From an uncultured bacterium (GTDB taxonomy: Bacteria > Patescibacteriota > Minisyncoccia > Phycocordibacterales > Phycocordibacteraceae): a stretch of 64,000 nucleotides of DNA. The stretch is taken from assembly GCA_937879955.1 (NCBI GenBank), contig CALFMK010000003.1, positions 12,581-76,580 of the forward strand, read 5' to 3'. Both the position numbers and the translations under genes were made by a program. Shown here in pieces: positions 26,958 through 36,500 of the stretch. Position 1 is the stretch's first letter. Each line of letters opens with the position of its first letter. The notes under the pieces are model-generated. The model was not told the DNA's origin, ran no database searches, and saw nothing but the letters and a program-made list of their open reading frames with translations.

Positions 26958-29486
26958 ATGGCCAATATCCTCGGAAAACTCTTCTCAAAGAACCAGTCGG
27001 CAAGCTTCATAAAGCTCGCTGCGCCGGTCGTCGCCCGTGCTGCCGAGCTCTCGGAAGGCTTCGAGAAGCTCTCGGCCGAGGAGCTCAAGGAACGCGTTGA
27101 TGCGATCCGGGAGCGCACGAACGGACGTCCGGAGTCGAACAATGACGTCGCGGAGACGTTCGCGCTCGTACGCGAGGCTGCGCGCCGCACGCTGAACGAG
27201 CGCCACTACGACGTGCAACTCATCGGCGGCCTGGTGCTCAGTCGCGGCAAGATCGCCGAGATGCGCACGGGAGAAGGAAAGACGCTCGTCGCGACGCTCG
27301 CGGTGACGCTCTTCGCGCTCGCCGGGAAGGGCGTGCACGTGGTGACGGTGAACGACTATCTCGCGCGACGCGATGCCGCATGGATGGGGCAGGTGTACGC
27401 TGCGCTCGGCCTTACCACCGGAGTCGTGACGTCGAGCGGCGCGTACGTCTATGACGCGTCCCATGTCGAGCCTGCGGAGGACGCGAAGCGCGACGAGGAA
27501 GGATCCTTCCGCGTCTTCTATGATTATCTCCGTCCTGCGACGAAGAAGGAGGCGTACGCGGCGGACATCACCTACGCGACGAACAACGAGCTCGGCTTCG
27601 ATTACCTGCGCGACAACACCGCGTACGACCTCTCGCAGCTCGTGCAGCGCGGCCAGCACTTCGCGATCGTGGACGAGATCGACTCGATCCTCATCGACGA
27701 GGCGCGTACGCCGCTCATCATCTCGGGACCGGCTGCCGATGCCGAAGGGCTCTACGAGCGCTTCGCCGCCATCGTCCGCAATTTCAAGGAGGGTGAGGAC
27801 TATACCGTGGACGAGAAGCAGCGCGCCGTGCAGATAACGGAGGAGGGTATGATGAAGGCCGAGAAGGCCCTCAATATCGAGAACCTCTACGCCGAGGGCG
27901 GCATGAAGTACGCGCATCATCTCGATACCGCCGTCCGCGCGAAGGCGCTCTTCCGCAAGGACAAGGAGTACGTCGTGAAGGACAACGAGATCATGATCGT
28001 CGACGAGTTCACGGGACGCCTGCAGCCGGGCCGCCGCTGGAGCGAAGGCCTCCATCAGGCCATCGAGGCGAAGGAAGGGACGCCAATCCAGAAGGAGACT
28101 CGCACCTACGCGTCCGTTACCTTCCAGAACTACTTCCGCATGTACGAGCGCGTCGCCGGCATGACCGGTACGGGCCTCTCTTCGGAGGAGGAGTTCTACA
28201 CCGTGTACGGCCTCGAGGTCGTACAGGTGCCGACCCATCGTCCTATCAAGCGCAAGGACTTCGACGACCTCATCTTCCAGAACCTCGCCGGCAAGTACAA
28301 GGCGCTGGCAGCGCACGTGAAGGAGATCCACGCGAAGGGTCAGCCGGTGCTCATCGGCACGGTGTCCATCGAGGACAACGAGGTCGTTTCAGAGGCGCTC
28401 AAGGCCGTGGGCATCCCGCACGAGGTGCTCAACGCCAAGAATCACGAGCGCGAGGGCGAGATCATCGCCAACGCGGGCCGCAAGGGCGCCGTCACGGTGG
28501 CGACCAACCTCGCCGGCCGCGGCGTCGACATCAAGCTCGGCGGCGCCGTCGCGACGCCTGAGGAACGCGAGGCGGTACGCGAGCTCGGCGGCCTCGTCGT
28601 CATGGGTACGGAGCGCCACGAGGCGCGCCGCATCGACGACCAGCTGCGCGGCCGTTCGGGCCGCCAGGGAGACCCGGGCGAGACCCGGTTCTACGTGTCG
28701 CTCGACGACAAGCTCATGCGCGTCTTCGCGTCCGACATGGTGAAGAACGTGATGGGCACGTTCAAGATCCCCGAGGACGAGCCGATCCAGAGCTCCCTCA
28801 TCACCAAGTCGCTCGAGACCGCGCAGAAGCGCATCGAGGGCTTCAACTTCGACTCCCGCAAGCAGGTGCTCTCGTACGACGACGTCCTCAACACGCAGCG
28901 TCTCGCGGTCTACCGCGAGCGCATGACGGCGCTCAGCGGCACGGACGAGGAGATCGAGGCGCTCGTGAAGGAGTTCATGGAGGGCGACGCCGATGCCATC
29001 GCCGCGTACGACGCGAAGAAGGAGGAGTTCGGCGCGGCTGCCATGAGCGCGCTCATGCGCCGCCTCGTGCTCCAGGTGACCGACACCTTCTGGCTCGAGC
29101 ACCTCGAGACCATGGACTACCTCAGGCGCTCCGTATCGCTCCGCGCCTACGGCCAGCGCGATCCGCTCATCGAGTACCGCAAGGAAGGCCTCGCCCGCTA
29201 CCAGGCGCTCCAGTCAGGCGTACGCACGGCGGTGCGCGAGGCTATCCCGCGCATTCGCCCGGCAGACGATTCCCGCATGCGCGCCGAGGAGGAGAAGACG
29301 CGCGCGAAGCTCGTGGCGGCTTCCGAGGGAGGAGACGGATCCGCCGAGACACCGGCGCCCATCAAGAACGAGCATGCCTTCGGCCGCAACGACGAGGTAA
29401 CCATCCGTCGCGGCGAGGAGACGCAGACCCTGAAGTACAAGAAGGCGGAAGCTCTCCTCAAGGACGGCTGGACCATCGTCTCGTAG
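26958..29486 (+). CDS. secA: preprotein translocase ATPase SecA
   Basis: 842 aa; Walker A MRTGEGKT, DEVDSILIDEARTPLIISG, RGRSGRQGDPG; a tataGT/TATATA box lies upstream. Confidence 0.9.
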   Translation: MANILGKLFSKNQSASFIKLAAPVVARAAELSEGFEKLSAEELKERVDAIRERTNGRPESNNDVAETFALVREAARRTLNERHYDVQLIGGLVLSRGKIAEMRTGEGKTLVATLAVTLFALAGKGVHVVTVNDYLARRDAAWMGQVYAALGLTTGVVTSSGAYVYDASHVEPAEDAKRDEEGSFRVFYDYLRPATKKEAYAADITYATNNELGFDYLRDNTAYDLSQLVQRGQHFAIVDEIDSILIDEARTPLIISGPAADAEGLYERFAAIVRNFKEGEDYTVDEKQRAVQITEEGMMKAEKALNIENLYAEGGMKYAHHLDTAVRAKALFRKDKEYVVKDNEIMIVDEFTGRLQPGRRWSEGLHQAIEAKEGTPIQKETRTYASVTFQNYFRMYERVAGMTGTGLSSEEEFYTVYGLEVVQVPTHRPIKRKDFDDLIFQNLAGKYKALAAHVKEIHAKGQPVLIGTVSIEDNEVVSEALKAVGIPHEVLNAKNHEREGEIIANAGRKGAVTVATNLAGRGVDIKLGGAVATPEEREAVRELGGLVVMGTERHEARRIDDQLRGRSGRQGDPGETRFYVSLDDKLMRVFASDMVKNVMGTFKIPEDEPIQSSLITKSLETAQKRIEGFNFDSRKQVLSYDDVLNTQRLAVYRERMTALSGTDEEIEALVKEFMEGDADAIAAYDAKKEEFGAAAMSALMRRLVLQVTDTFWLEHLETMDYLRRSVSLRAYGQRDPLIEYRKEGLARYQALQSGVRTAVREAIPRIRPADDSRMRAEEEKTRAKLVAASEGGDGSAETPAPIKNEHAFGRNDEVTIRRGEETQTLKYKKAEALLKDGWTIVS

Positions 29487-29509
29487 AGTCGAGGGCAGGA
29501 CACGTCGAA

Positions 29510-29538
29510 AGAAGAGCCGCTCCTGTGAGCGGCTCTTC
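29510..29538 (+). terminator. Rho-independent terminator (gaagagccgctc-ctgtg-agcggctcttc)
   Basis: Seen in sequence after the secA stop. Confidence 0.7.
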
Positions 29539-29607
29539 TCGTTCGTCCAAAATCATAACGCCTACAATACTAGGTAAAGTCAAATAACCGTGCTATACTC
29601 TCACGCA

Positions 29608-30603
29608 ATGGCATTCGTCGATGAGATGCGCGTACATGCGATAGCCGGACACGGAGGTCCGGGCGTTGTGCGTTGGCTGCACCTGAAGGGCCTCGAGAAG
29701 GGAGGTCCTGCTGGCGGCGACGGCGGTCGCGGCGGCGACATCATCGTCGAGGCCGTGCGCGACCTCGCGGCGCTCGCGGCATATCGCTACACGAAGCGGG
29801 TGAAGGCGGAGAACGGAGGTGCCGGAGGCGGCGTCGACCGTCACGGCGCTGACGGCGCTCCGGTGGTCCTGCGTCTCCCGGTCGGCTCCACGGTCCGGGT
29901 ATCCTCCACGGGCGACACCTTCGACCTCATGAAGGAAGGGGAACGGATCGTCGTCCTGAAGGGCGGGCCTGGCGGCTTCGGCAACGCCCACTACAAGGGA
30001 CCGACCAACCAGAATCCGATGCAGGCCTCGCCGGGCAAGAACGGCCAGGCTGGGGATATCCATATCACCCTCAAGCTCATCGCCGATGCCGGTCTCATCG
30101 GCTTCCCGAACGCCGGGAAGTCCTCCCTCCTGAACGAGCTGACTCGGGCTCGCTCCCGCGTCGGCGCCTATCCGTTCACGACCCTCGACCCGCACCTCGG
30201 AGACTTCTATGGGCGCATCCTGGCCGATATCCCTGGTCTCATCGAGGGCGCCTCGGAAGGAAAAGGTCTCGGTTCTCGTTTCCTCAAGCACATAGAACGT
30301 ACCAAATTCCTTGTGCATCTCGTCTCGGTTGAGCAAGAAGACGTCGTCGCGGCCTATAGGGCCATACGGGACGAGCTCTCGGCCTTCGGTAACGGCCTCG
30401 ACCAGAAGGACGAGCTCATCGTGCTCTCGAAGGTGGATCTCGTAGAGCCAGAAGAGGCTGAGCGCCTCCAGAAGGCCCTCGAGAAGGCGGCAGGGAAGAA
30501 GGTCCTCCAGCTCACCATAGCCGACGAGAACCTCCTCAAGGCGTTCTCGGACACCCTCTCCAAAGAGCTCGCCAAGGGTGACGAGACGGTAGCGGCGGAC
30601 TAG
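29608..30603 (+). CDS. obg: GTPase Obg/CgtA
   Basis: Start reassigned to MAFVDEM at 29608 (TATACT 8 nt upstream); Gly-rich Obg fold GGDGGRGGDI, then G-domain GFPNAGKSSLL and DIPGLIEGA. Confidence 0.85.
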   Translation: MAFVDEMRVHAIAGHGGPGVVRWLHLKGLEKGGPAGGDGGRGGDIIVEAVRDLAALAAYRYTKRVKAENGGAGGGVDRHGADGAPVVLRLPVGSTVRVSSTGDTFDLMKEGERIVVLKGGPGGFGNAHYKGPTNQNPMQASPGKNGQAGDIHITLKLIADAGLIGFPNAGKSSLLNELTRARSRVGAYPFTTLDPHLGDFYGRILADIPGLIEGASEGKGLGSRFLKHIERTKFLVHLVSVEQEDVVAAYRAIRDELSAFGNGLDQKDELIVLSKVDLVEPEEAERLQKALEKAAGKKVLQLTIADENLLKAFSDTLSKELAKGDETVAAD

Positions 30604-30627
30604 CCGCCCCTGTGCTAGCATTTCCCT

Positions 30628-32049
30628 ATGAGCGAATACCGTCCGACCATAGGTCTTGAGATCCACGCCGAGCTGAATACCCGGACGAAGATGTTCTGTG
30701 CCTGCAAGAACGATCCTGAGGCCGAGCTTCCGAACACGAACGTCTGCCCGGTCTGCATGGCGCATCCTGGCACGCTTCCGAACGCGAACCGCGAGGCGGT
30801 CCATCAGGTGCTCCGCGTCGGTGCTGCGCTCGGCGCGAAGCTCGCGGATTTCTCCGAGTGGGATCGCAAGAGCTATTTCTATCCGGACATACCGAAGGGA
30901 TACCAGATCAGCCAGTACGAGCACCCGCTCGTCGAGGGCGGGAGCCTGAACGGCGTCGCCATCACGCGCGTCCACCTCGAGGAGGACACCGCACGCTCCT
31001 CGCACACCACGAGCGATGGCGTGTCCCTCGTCGACTTCAACCGCGCGGGCGTCCCGCTCATGGAGCTCGTTACCGATCCAGTGATCCATGATGCGGAGAC
31101 CGCTGGCGCGTTCGCGCGCGAGCTCCAGCTCCTCCTGCGCACGCTCGGCGCGTCCCATGCGAATCTCGAGAAAGGCGAGATGCGCGTCGAGGCGAACATC
31201 TCCGTCTCGAAGACCGACGCCTTCGGCACGAAGGTCGAGGTCAAGAACCTGAACTCGTTCCGTTCGGTCGAGCGCGCGATCGCGTTCGAGATCGAGCGCC
31301 AGTCGAAGATCCTCGACGAGGGAGGCGTCGTGCTCCAGGAGACCCGTGGCTGGGACGAGGGAGGACAGAAGACCTTCTCGCAGCGTCTCAAGGAGGGGAG
31401 TGCCGACTACCGCTACTTCCCAGAGCCTGACCTCCCGAAGCTGCTTATCTCAGAGATTCCCGAGTTCTCCGCAGAGGCACTCAAGGCATCGCTCCCGGAG
31501 CTTCCCTGGGAGCGTCGCGCGCGGTACGTATCGCTCGGACTGAAAGAGAGCGACGCGGCATTCTTCGCATCGACGAGTACGCGCAGCAATTTCTTCGATG
31601 CGGTCGCTGCTGAAATCGGCGATGACAAATCGCTCCTCACATCCGCGACGAACTATCTCGTTTCAGACGTTGCAGGCTGGTACGCGAAGTCGGGCAAGGA
31701 AGAGTACGAGGGTCTCATGCCTGCGAGCTTCGTCTCGCTCATGCGCCTCGTCGGCGCAGGCGACCTTTCCTCGCGCGGTGCGAAGGACGTCCTCGCCATC
31801 CTGCTCGAGAAGGGCGGCGACCCTGCGACTATCGCCAAGGAAGGCGGCTTCATCCAGGTGAGCGACGAAGGCGCACTCCTTGCTGCCGTCCAGGCCGTAC
31901 TCAAGGAACATGAGGGTGTGGCTGCTGAGTACCGGGCAGGCAAGGAGTCATCGCTCCAGTTCCTGGTTGGCATGAGCATGAAGGCCATGAAGGGGGCAGG
32001 CAATCCAGGAGCCCTCAAGGCGCTGCTTGAGGCAGAGCTCAGAAAGTAG
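30628..32049 (+). CDS. gatB: Asp-tRNA(Asn)/Glu-tRNA(Gln) amidotransferase subunit B
   Basis: 473 aa; MSEYRPTIGLEIHAELNTRTKMFC, PVCMAHPGTLP typical of GatB. Confidence 0.85.
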   Translation: MSEYRPTIGLEIHAELNTRTKMFCACKNDPEAELPNTNVCPVCMAHPGTLPNANREAVHQVLRVGAALGAKLADFSEWDRKSYFYPDIPKGYQISQYEHPLVEGGSLNGVAITRVHLEEDTARSSHTTSDGVSLVDFNRAGVPLMELVTDPVIHDAETAGAFARELQLLLRTLGASHANLEKGEMRVEANISVSKTDAFGTKVEVKNLNSFRSVERAIAFEIERQSKILDEGGVVLQETRGWDEGGQKTFSQRLKEGSADYRYFPEPDLPKLLISEIPEFSAEALKASLPELPWERRARYVSLGLKESDAAFFASTSTRSNFFDAVAAEIGDDKSLLTSATNYLVSDVAGWYAKSGKEEYEGLMPASFVSLMRLVGAGDLSSRGAKDVLAILLEKGGDPATIAKEGGFIQVSDEGALLAAVQAVLKEHEGVAAEYRAGKESSLQFLVGMSMKAMKGAGNPGALKALLEAELRK

Positions 32050-32168
32050 ACACAAAGAGCGGTTTAGTACGAAAGGCGATCCGAGAGGGTCGTCTTTCTC
32101 AATTTCTCTCATGCATCGTGACTGAAAATACTGGAAGAAGAGAGAACAAAAGTGCGTGTTTATAAACT

Positions 32169-33083
32169 ATGGTAGACGAGGCGAGAAACCCATATAATTC
32201 AAGCATGGATGAGATACTAATCGAGGGAAGAGTGTTCATCTCGTCAAAGCAAGCGGCCAAGATTACTGGATATGCCAAGGACTATGTCGGCCAGCTTTGC
32301 CGGGAAGGGAGAGTAGACGCACGTCTTGTCGGCAGGAACTGGTATGTTCTCCAGGACTCCATACGCGAGCACCGCTTCGGAAAACCGGAGGAGGATGCCC
32401 ATAATGCCCCTGAAATCGAAACTTCCGCCGCAGAGGATCGTATTTCGACTTGGCAACGGCCTCAGTATCAGGCAGAGACACCGGCATTCGTAGCTGACTT
32501 GGCACCCAAGACGCCGACCACAGCAGCGAATCCTGCCATACAGGACATGCAGTCCGCCTGGAAGGAGTGGTTTGAGGAGAGGAAGCCAACAGCAGCGACC
32601 TTCTCCGGAGAGCACGGTGCTGATAAAAGTGAGGATTTGTTAGTGATGTCGTCTGAAGACTCTGCAAATGAGACAGAGATGATCGAAGAGGTGGAGGAGG
32701 TGGTCATCTCGCACATAACCCAGGAGCCCGTATATGAGTCTCCAGAGCCAGAAGAAGAGAGCAGGGTGGAGTTGCACCGATCGTACGGCTCTAGAATGGA
32801 GCGTGAGAGTGTAAGGACTGATGCGGTACCAGTGGCCGACATTTCTTCCAAGGCCAGCCAGAAGAGAACCGCACGTTTTGAGGAGGAATTCGATGATGAC
32901 CGTAGTGGCTCAGGAATCATGCGTGCAGTGATCGTAGTGGTCGCACTCGCTGCTGTACTCGTTGCTATTGTTGGAACGGGTAATGCAGAACGACTCCTTG
33001 CTGGCACGAGCTTTGACTTCGGGGCACAGAAGAGCGTAATAGACTTTCTCGGTGGAAAGAGCACGTATGAAAGTAGCTTATAA
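32169..33083 (+). CDS. membrane protein with N-terminal excisionase-like (HTH_17-type) domain; paralogous N-terminus to the giant gene at 33548
   Basis: 304 aa; ISSKQAAKITGYAKDYVGQLCREGRVDARLVGRNWYV aligns (~50% identity) with ISTKDASALSGYNADYLSRLCRAGKIRGEQVGRAWLI of the next gene; acidic middle; C-terminal TM IMRAVIVVVALAAVLVAIVG. Lower-GC gene; leaderless-type TATAAACT box at 32157. Confidence 0.55.
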   Translation: MVDEARNPYNSSMDEILIEGRVFISSKQAAKITGYAKDYVGQLCREGRVDARLVGRNWYVLQDSIREHRFGKPEEDAHNAPEIETSAAEDRISTWQRPQYQAETPAFVADLAPKTPTTAANPAIQDMQSAWKEWFEERKPTAATFSGEHGADKSEDLLVMSSEDSANETEMIEEVEEVVISHITQEPVYESPEPEEESRVELHRSYGSRMERESVRTDAVPVADISSKASQKRTARFEEEFDDDRSGSGIMRAVIVVVALAAVLVAIVGTGNAERLLAGTSFDFGAQKSVIDFLGGKSTYESSL

Positions 33084-33182
33084 ATACTAGCTATCTCGTC
33101 TCGTATAGAAGAGATTAAAGGTAAGAGGGTGAAAATGGCTGGCGAGAGTAAGGATTCCCAAGCCCACTTACTTAAATAGTAG

Positions 33183-33219
33183 AAAAGAGCCCCGGAACAT
33201 CATTCCGGGGCTCTTTTCT
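33183..33219 (+). terminator. Rho-independent terminator (aaaagagccccggaa-catcat-tccggggctcttttct)
   Basis: Perfect 13-bp stem plus T tail. Confidence 0.8.
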
Positions 33220-33547
33220 GCGCTAAGTATCTTACTCAAACGAATCTATCGTGGGATTTCTAGCCTTACGCGTATGCCAGATTCAAATTTGAAGGCCTTA
33301 TGCAGACATACTTATTTCTTTCTACACATGAATGACAGTAAGTCATGCGAAGCTGCTCGTGCCCCTGACCAAATGAGTCCGACTCGGTCGGTAGTAGAAA
33401 TTTCTTAGAGTTCATCCATGGAAACTTATTCCTGGTCTCGAGCGCACGCTCTCAATGATCGAAGAAGACTATCCCCAAACTCTCGGAATAAATAAGCGAC
33501 AACACAAGCTAGAATATAGGTAATTCGGATATCCGACTCATCGAATC

Positions 33548-36500
33548 TTGAACACGCTCCTTAATGGAAATCTGATCTCGACGAAAGACGCCTCGGCGCT
33601 CTCGGGATACAACGCGGACTATCTCTCGCGTCTCTGTCGCGCAGGCAAGATCCGTGGCGAGCAGGTCGGACGCGCGTGGCTCATCGAGCGCTCCTCGCTC
33701 GAAGAATTCATGGCTACGCAGGTGATGCGCAAGATCGAGCTTTCCGAGAATCTTGCCCGAGAGCGCGAAGAGGAATATCGCAGGATCAACCAGGCCGTTC
33801 CTGAGATGACGGTCCGCATGCAGGACAAAACTGACCATGCGGTGAACACGGTCATGTCCGTGCTCTCGAAGATGCACATGCCTCAGGCGTACCCGGCATT
33901 CGGCGGCCGCGCGGCATCCTTCGCTCTCACGGCGCTCGTGATCGGCGGAAGCACCCTCATCGCCGGCAGCGGGATAGTCGAGAAGACCGGAGTCGCGTTC
34001 ACGCATTTCGCGTTCGAGACGCGAGAGCTCGCGCTCGAGTCAGCCGACCGGACACTCGCTTATGCGCATGAGCGGAACGCGCTTCTCGCTTCGCGCGCGA
34101 TGCAAGAAGTGCGCGTGCACGACCTCTTGCTTGCATCTGTGAATGATGCGCGCGTGGAGACGCTCCCGTCGAAGTTCTCCGCAGGCTTCGAGGCGCTCGC
34201 GACACCGAGAGAGATTCCGGCGATAGCGCTATCGGAAGCGACTCCTCTTACAGATGAGGGTGCGCGCAGAGTGGCACAAGCACGTGCGATCGCGATGGAT
34301 CTCGAGACCGATCCGATCGGAAGCCTTACGCGCTCGTACCTGAGCACGGGTGCGTATCTTGTGCACCAGACTGACGCGGTACTCGCGATGCATCTTGATG
34401 CTACGTATGCGGCAGCCGATTCGATCCTTTCGCTCGGCGCCGGCATCCGTGACGCCTCGAGCCTTGCGGTCGGCGCGTACCAGGACGGCGTCTATGCCTA
34501 CGTGCGTAACGTCGAGCTCGTGCCGCGTACCGTGCTTTCGGTTGCATATGGTATCGGTGATGCGATGGCGACAGGCGTCTCAGGAGGCGTGCAGCGTGCG
34601 CCGGAGCGCTACGACGCGGGGATCATGGCATTCGCGATGCTCTCGCAGGATGCGGGCGAACGCATCGCGCGGGATTCATCCGCGTTCGGTGATGCGTCGC
34701 GAACGGTAGTCACCGCCATGCTCGAGATGGAGGATCGCAGCATCGCTCACGCGGTCGGTTCGAGCCGCGTGGCGTTCGGCGAGGGGCTCGATGCTGTTGA
34801 GTCCGTACCGCCCTCTATCGCGTACGCATTCGGCGGAGGCGTAGATCATCTTACTGCCGCAGTAGCGAGCGCACAGGCTCTCACCGCCTCTCCTTTCGCT
34901 GCGTTCGAGCCGTCCGACCTGCTCGAAGGATTCACGCACGGCGTACTCACGTTCTTCTCGGACGCCGTGACGACTATCGCCGGATTCTTCGGGGGCGAAG
35001 AGACCGGGCTGGCCGTCATCCCGTCAGAAGGTCCGGAGGAGACGTACTCGGTCCCGACGGCCGTTCAGCAGGAAGGAGGAGACACTAATATCTACGAGGG
35101 CCCGGTGACGATCGTGAACAATCATAACGAGTATCCGGCGCTCACATACTCGGGCGTAACGAAGGGGTACGTCGATACGCAACTCACGCTCCTTAACGAT
35201 CGCCTGATACGGAGCATCGATAATTCGCGCCGTGCAGCTAGGGGCGGCACCATCTCAATCAACGGACTTTCAGGTACCGGGCTCACGCTCAGCAATTCGG
35301 CCTGGAACGGCGGCTCGATCGTCGGCGCGACGCTCGATGTGCTCGATACGGCCGTCACCGGAGACCTCACTGCGAGCGGCTCGATCGAATCGAGCACGTA
35401 CATCGCCGGACCGTACGTGCTCGCGACCTCTACGACCGCGACCTCCGCGTTCTCCGGAAACATCGCCGCAGGACGCAACGCGACGTTCGGTACCACGGCT
35501 GCTGACCTGCTCACGGTGAATAGTTCGATTGCATCGCATCTCGTTCCGTCCGCCAACAACGCCTATGACCTCGGCTCCGCCGGTAATTACTGGCGTCGCG
35601 GCTACGTGAACGAGCTCATCGTTAATAACCTCTCCGCTGCATCGAGTTCGATAGGAGGAACGGCATCAAATGTCTTTTCCGTGAATTCCGATAACGCGAC
35701 GAACGATATCGAGGACAGTTCGATACTTTTTAACCGTGGCGTCGCGACTCCGAACGCGCTCATGACGTGGAACGCGTCCATGAAACGATTCGAGTTCAAC
35801 ATGCCGGTCTATTCCGCGGACGGCATCTTCGCGAGCGCGACCACGACCAATCTCATCGCGACGAACCTTTCCCTCGGAGGATCGCAGTTCACGTCGCTGC
35901 TCGGGAGCGGGCTCCAGAATGTCGCCGGCGCGCTTACGGTAAGTACCACGACGCTCGCCGGGAGCTTCTTCTCGCAGGACGGGAACTCGTTCGGTTCCAC
36001 GGCGACGCTCGGTACGAACGACGGCCAGACGCTCCAGTTCGAGACCGGGAACGTTCCACGCATATCCGTGCTCGCGAACGGCAATGTCGGTATAGGTACC
36101 ACAACCCCGCCGAACAAGTTCTCGGTCGTGTCCGGAGGGAACGATGACGGCATCTCCTGGTACAACTCGGTGGATGGCCGGCTTCTCGGGAGGTTCGGGC
36201 AGGAGGCAGGGACTCAGGGACGCATGACTCTCTGGAACGGAGCCTCTCCTGCCATAAACCTGCAGGCAGGCTCGAACTCGAATTTCATAAACGGGAACCT
36301 GATGCTGGGCAGTAATAATGTCGCGGCTAGCAGGCTCGCGGTGAACGGTAGCGCGGCGGTAGGCTCGGGCTACCAGCTCCTTGCCGCTCCGACGAACGGA
36401 TTGCTCGTCGAGGGGAACGTGGGTATTGGCACCTCGAGCCCGTCCTACGTATTCGATGTCCAGGGATCAGGATCGAACCAGGCCCGTATCTCGAGCACGG

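Noticed and set aside
29593-31158. 521-aa minus-strand ORF across obg and gatB
   Set aside because: Antisense to two highly conserved genes; shadow ORF.
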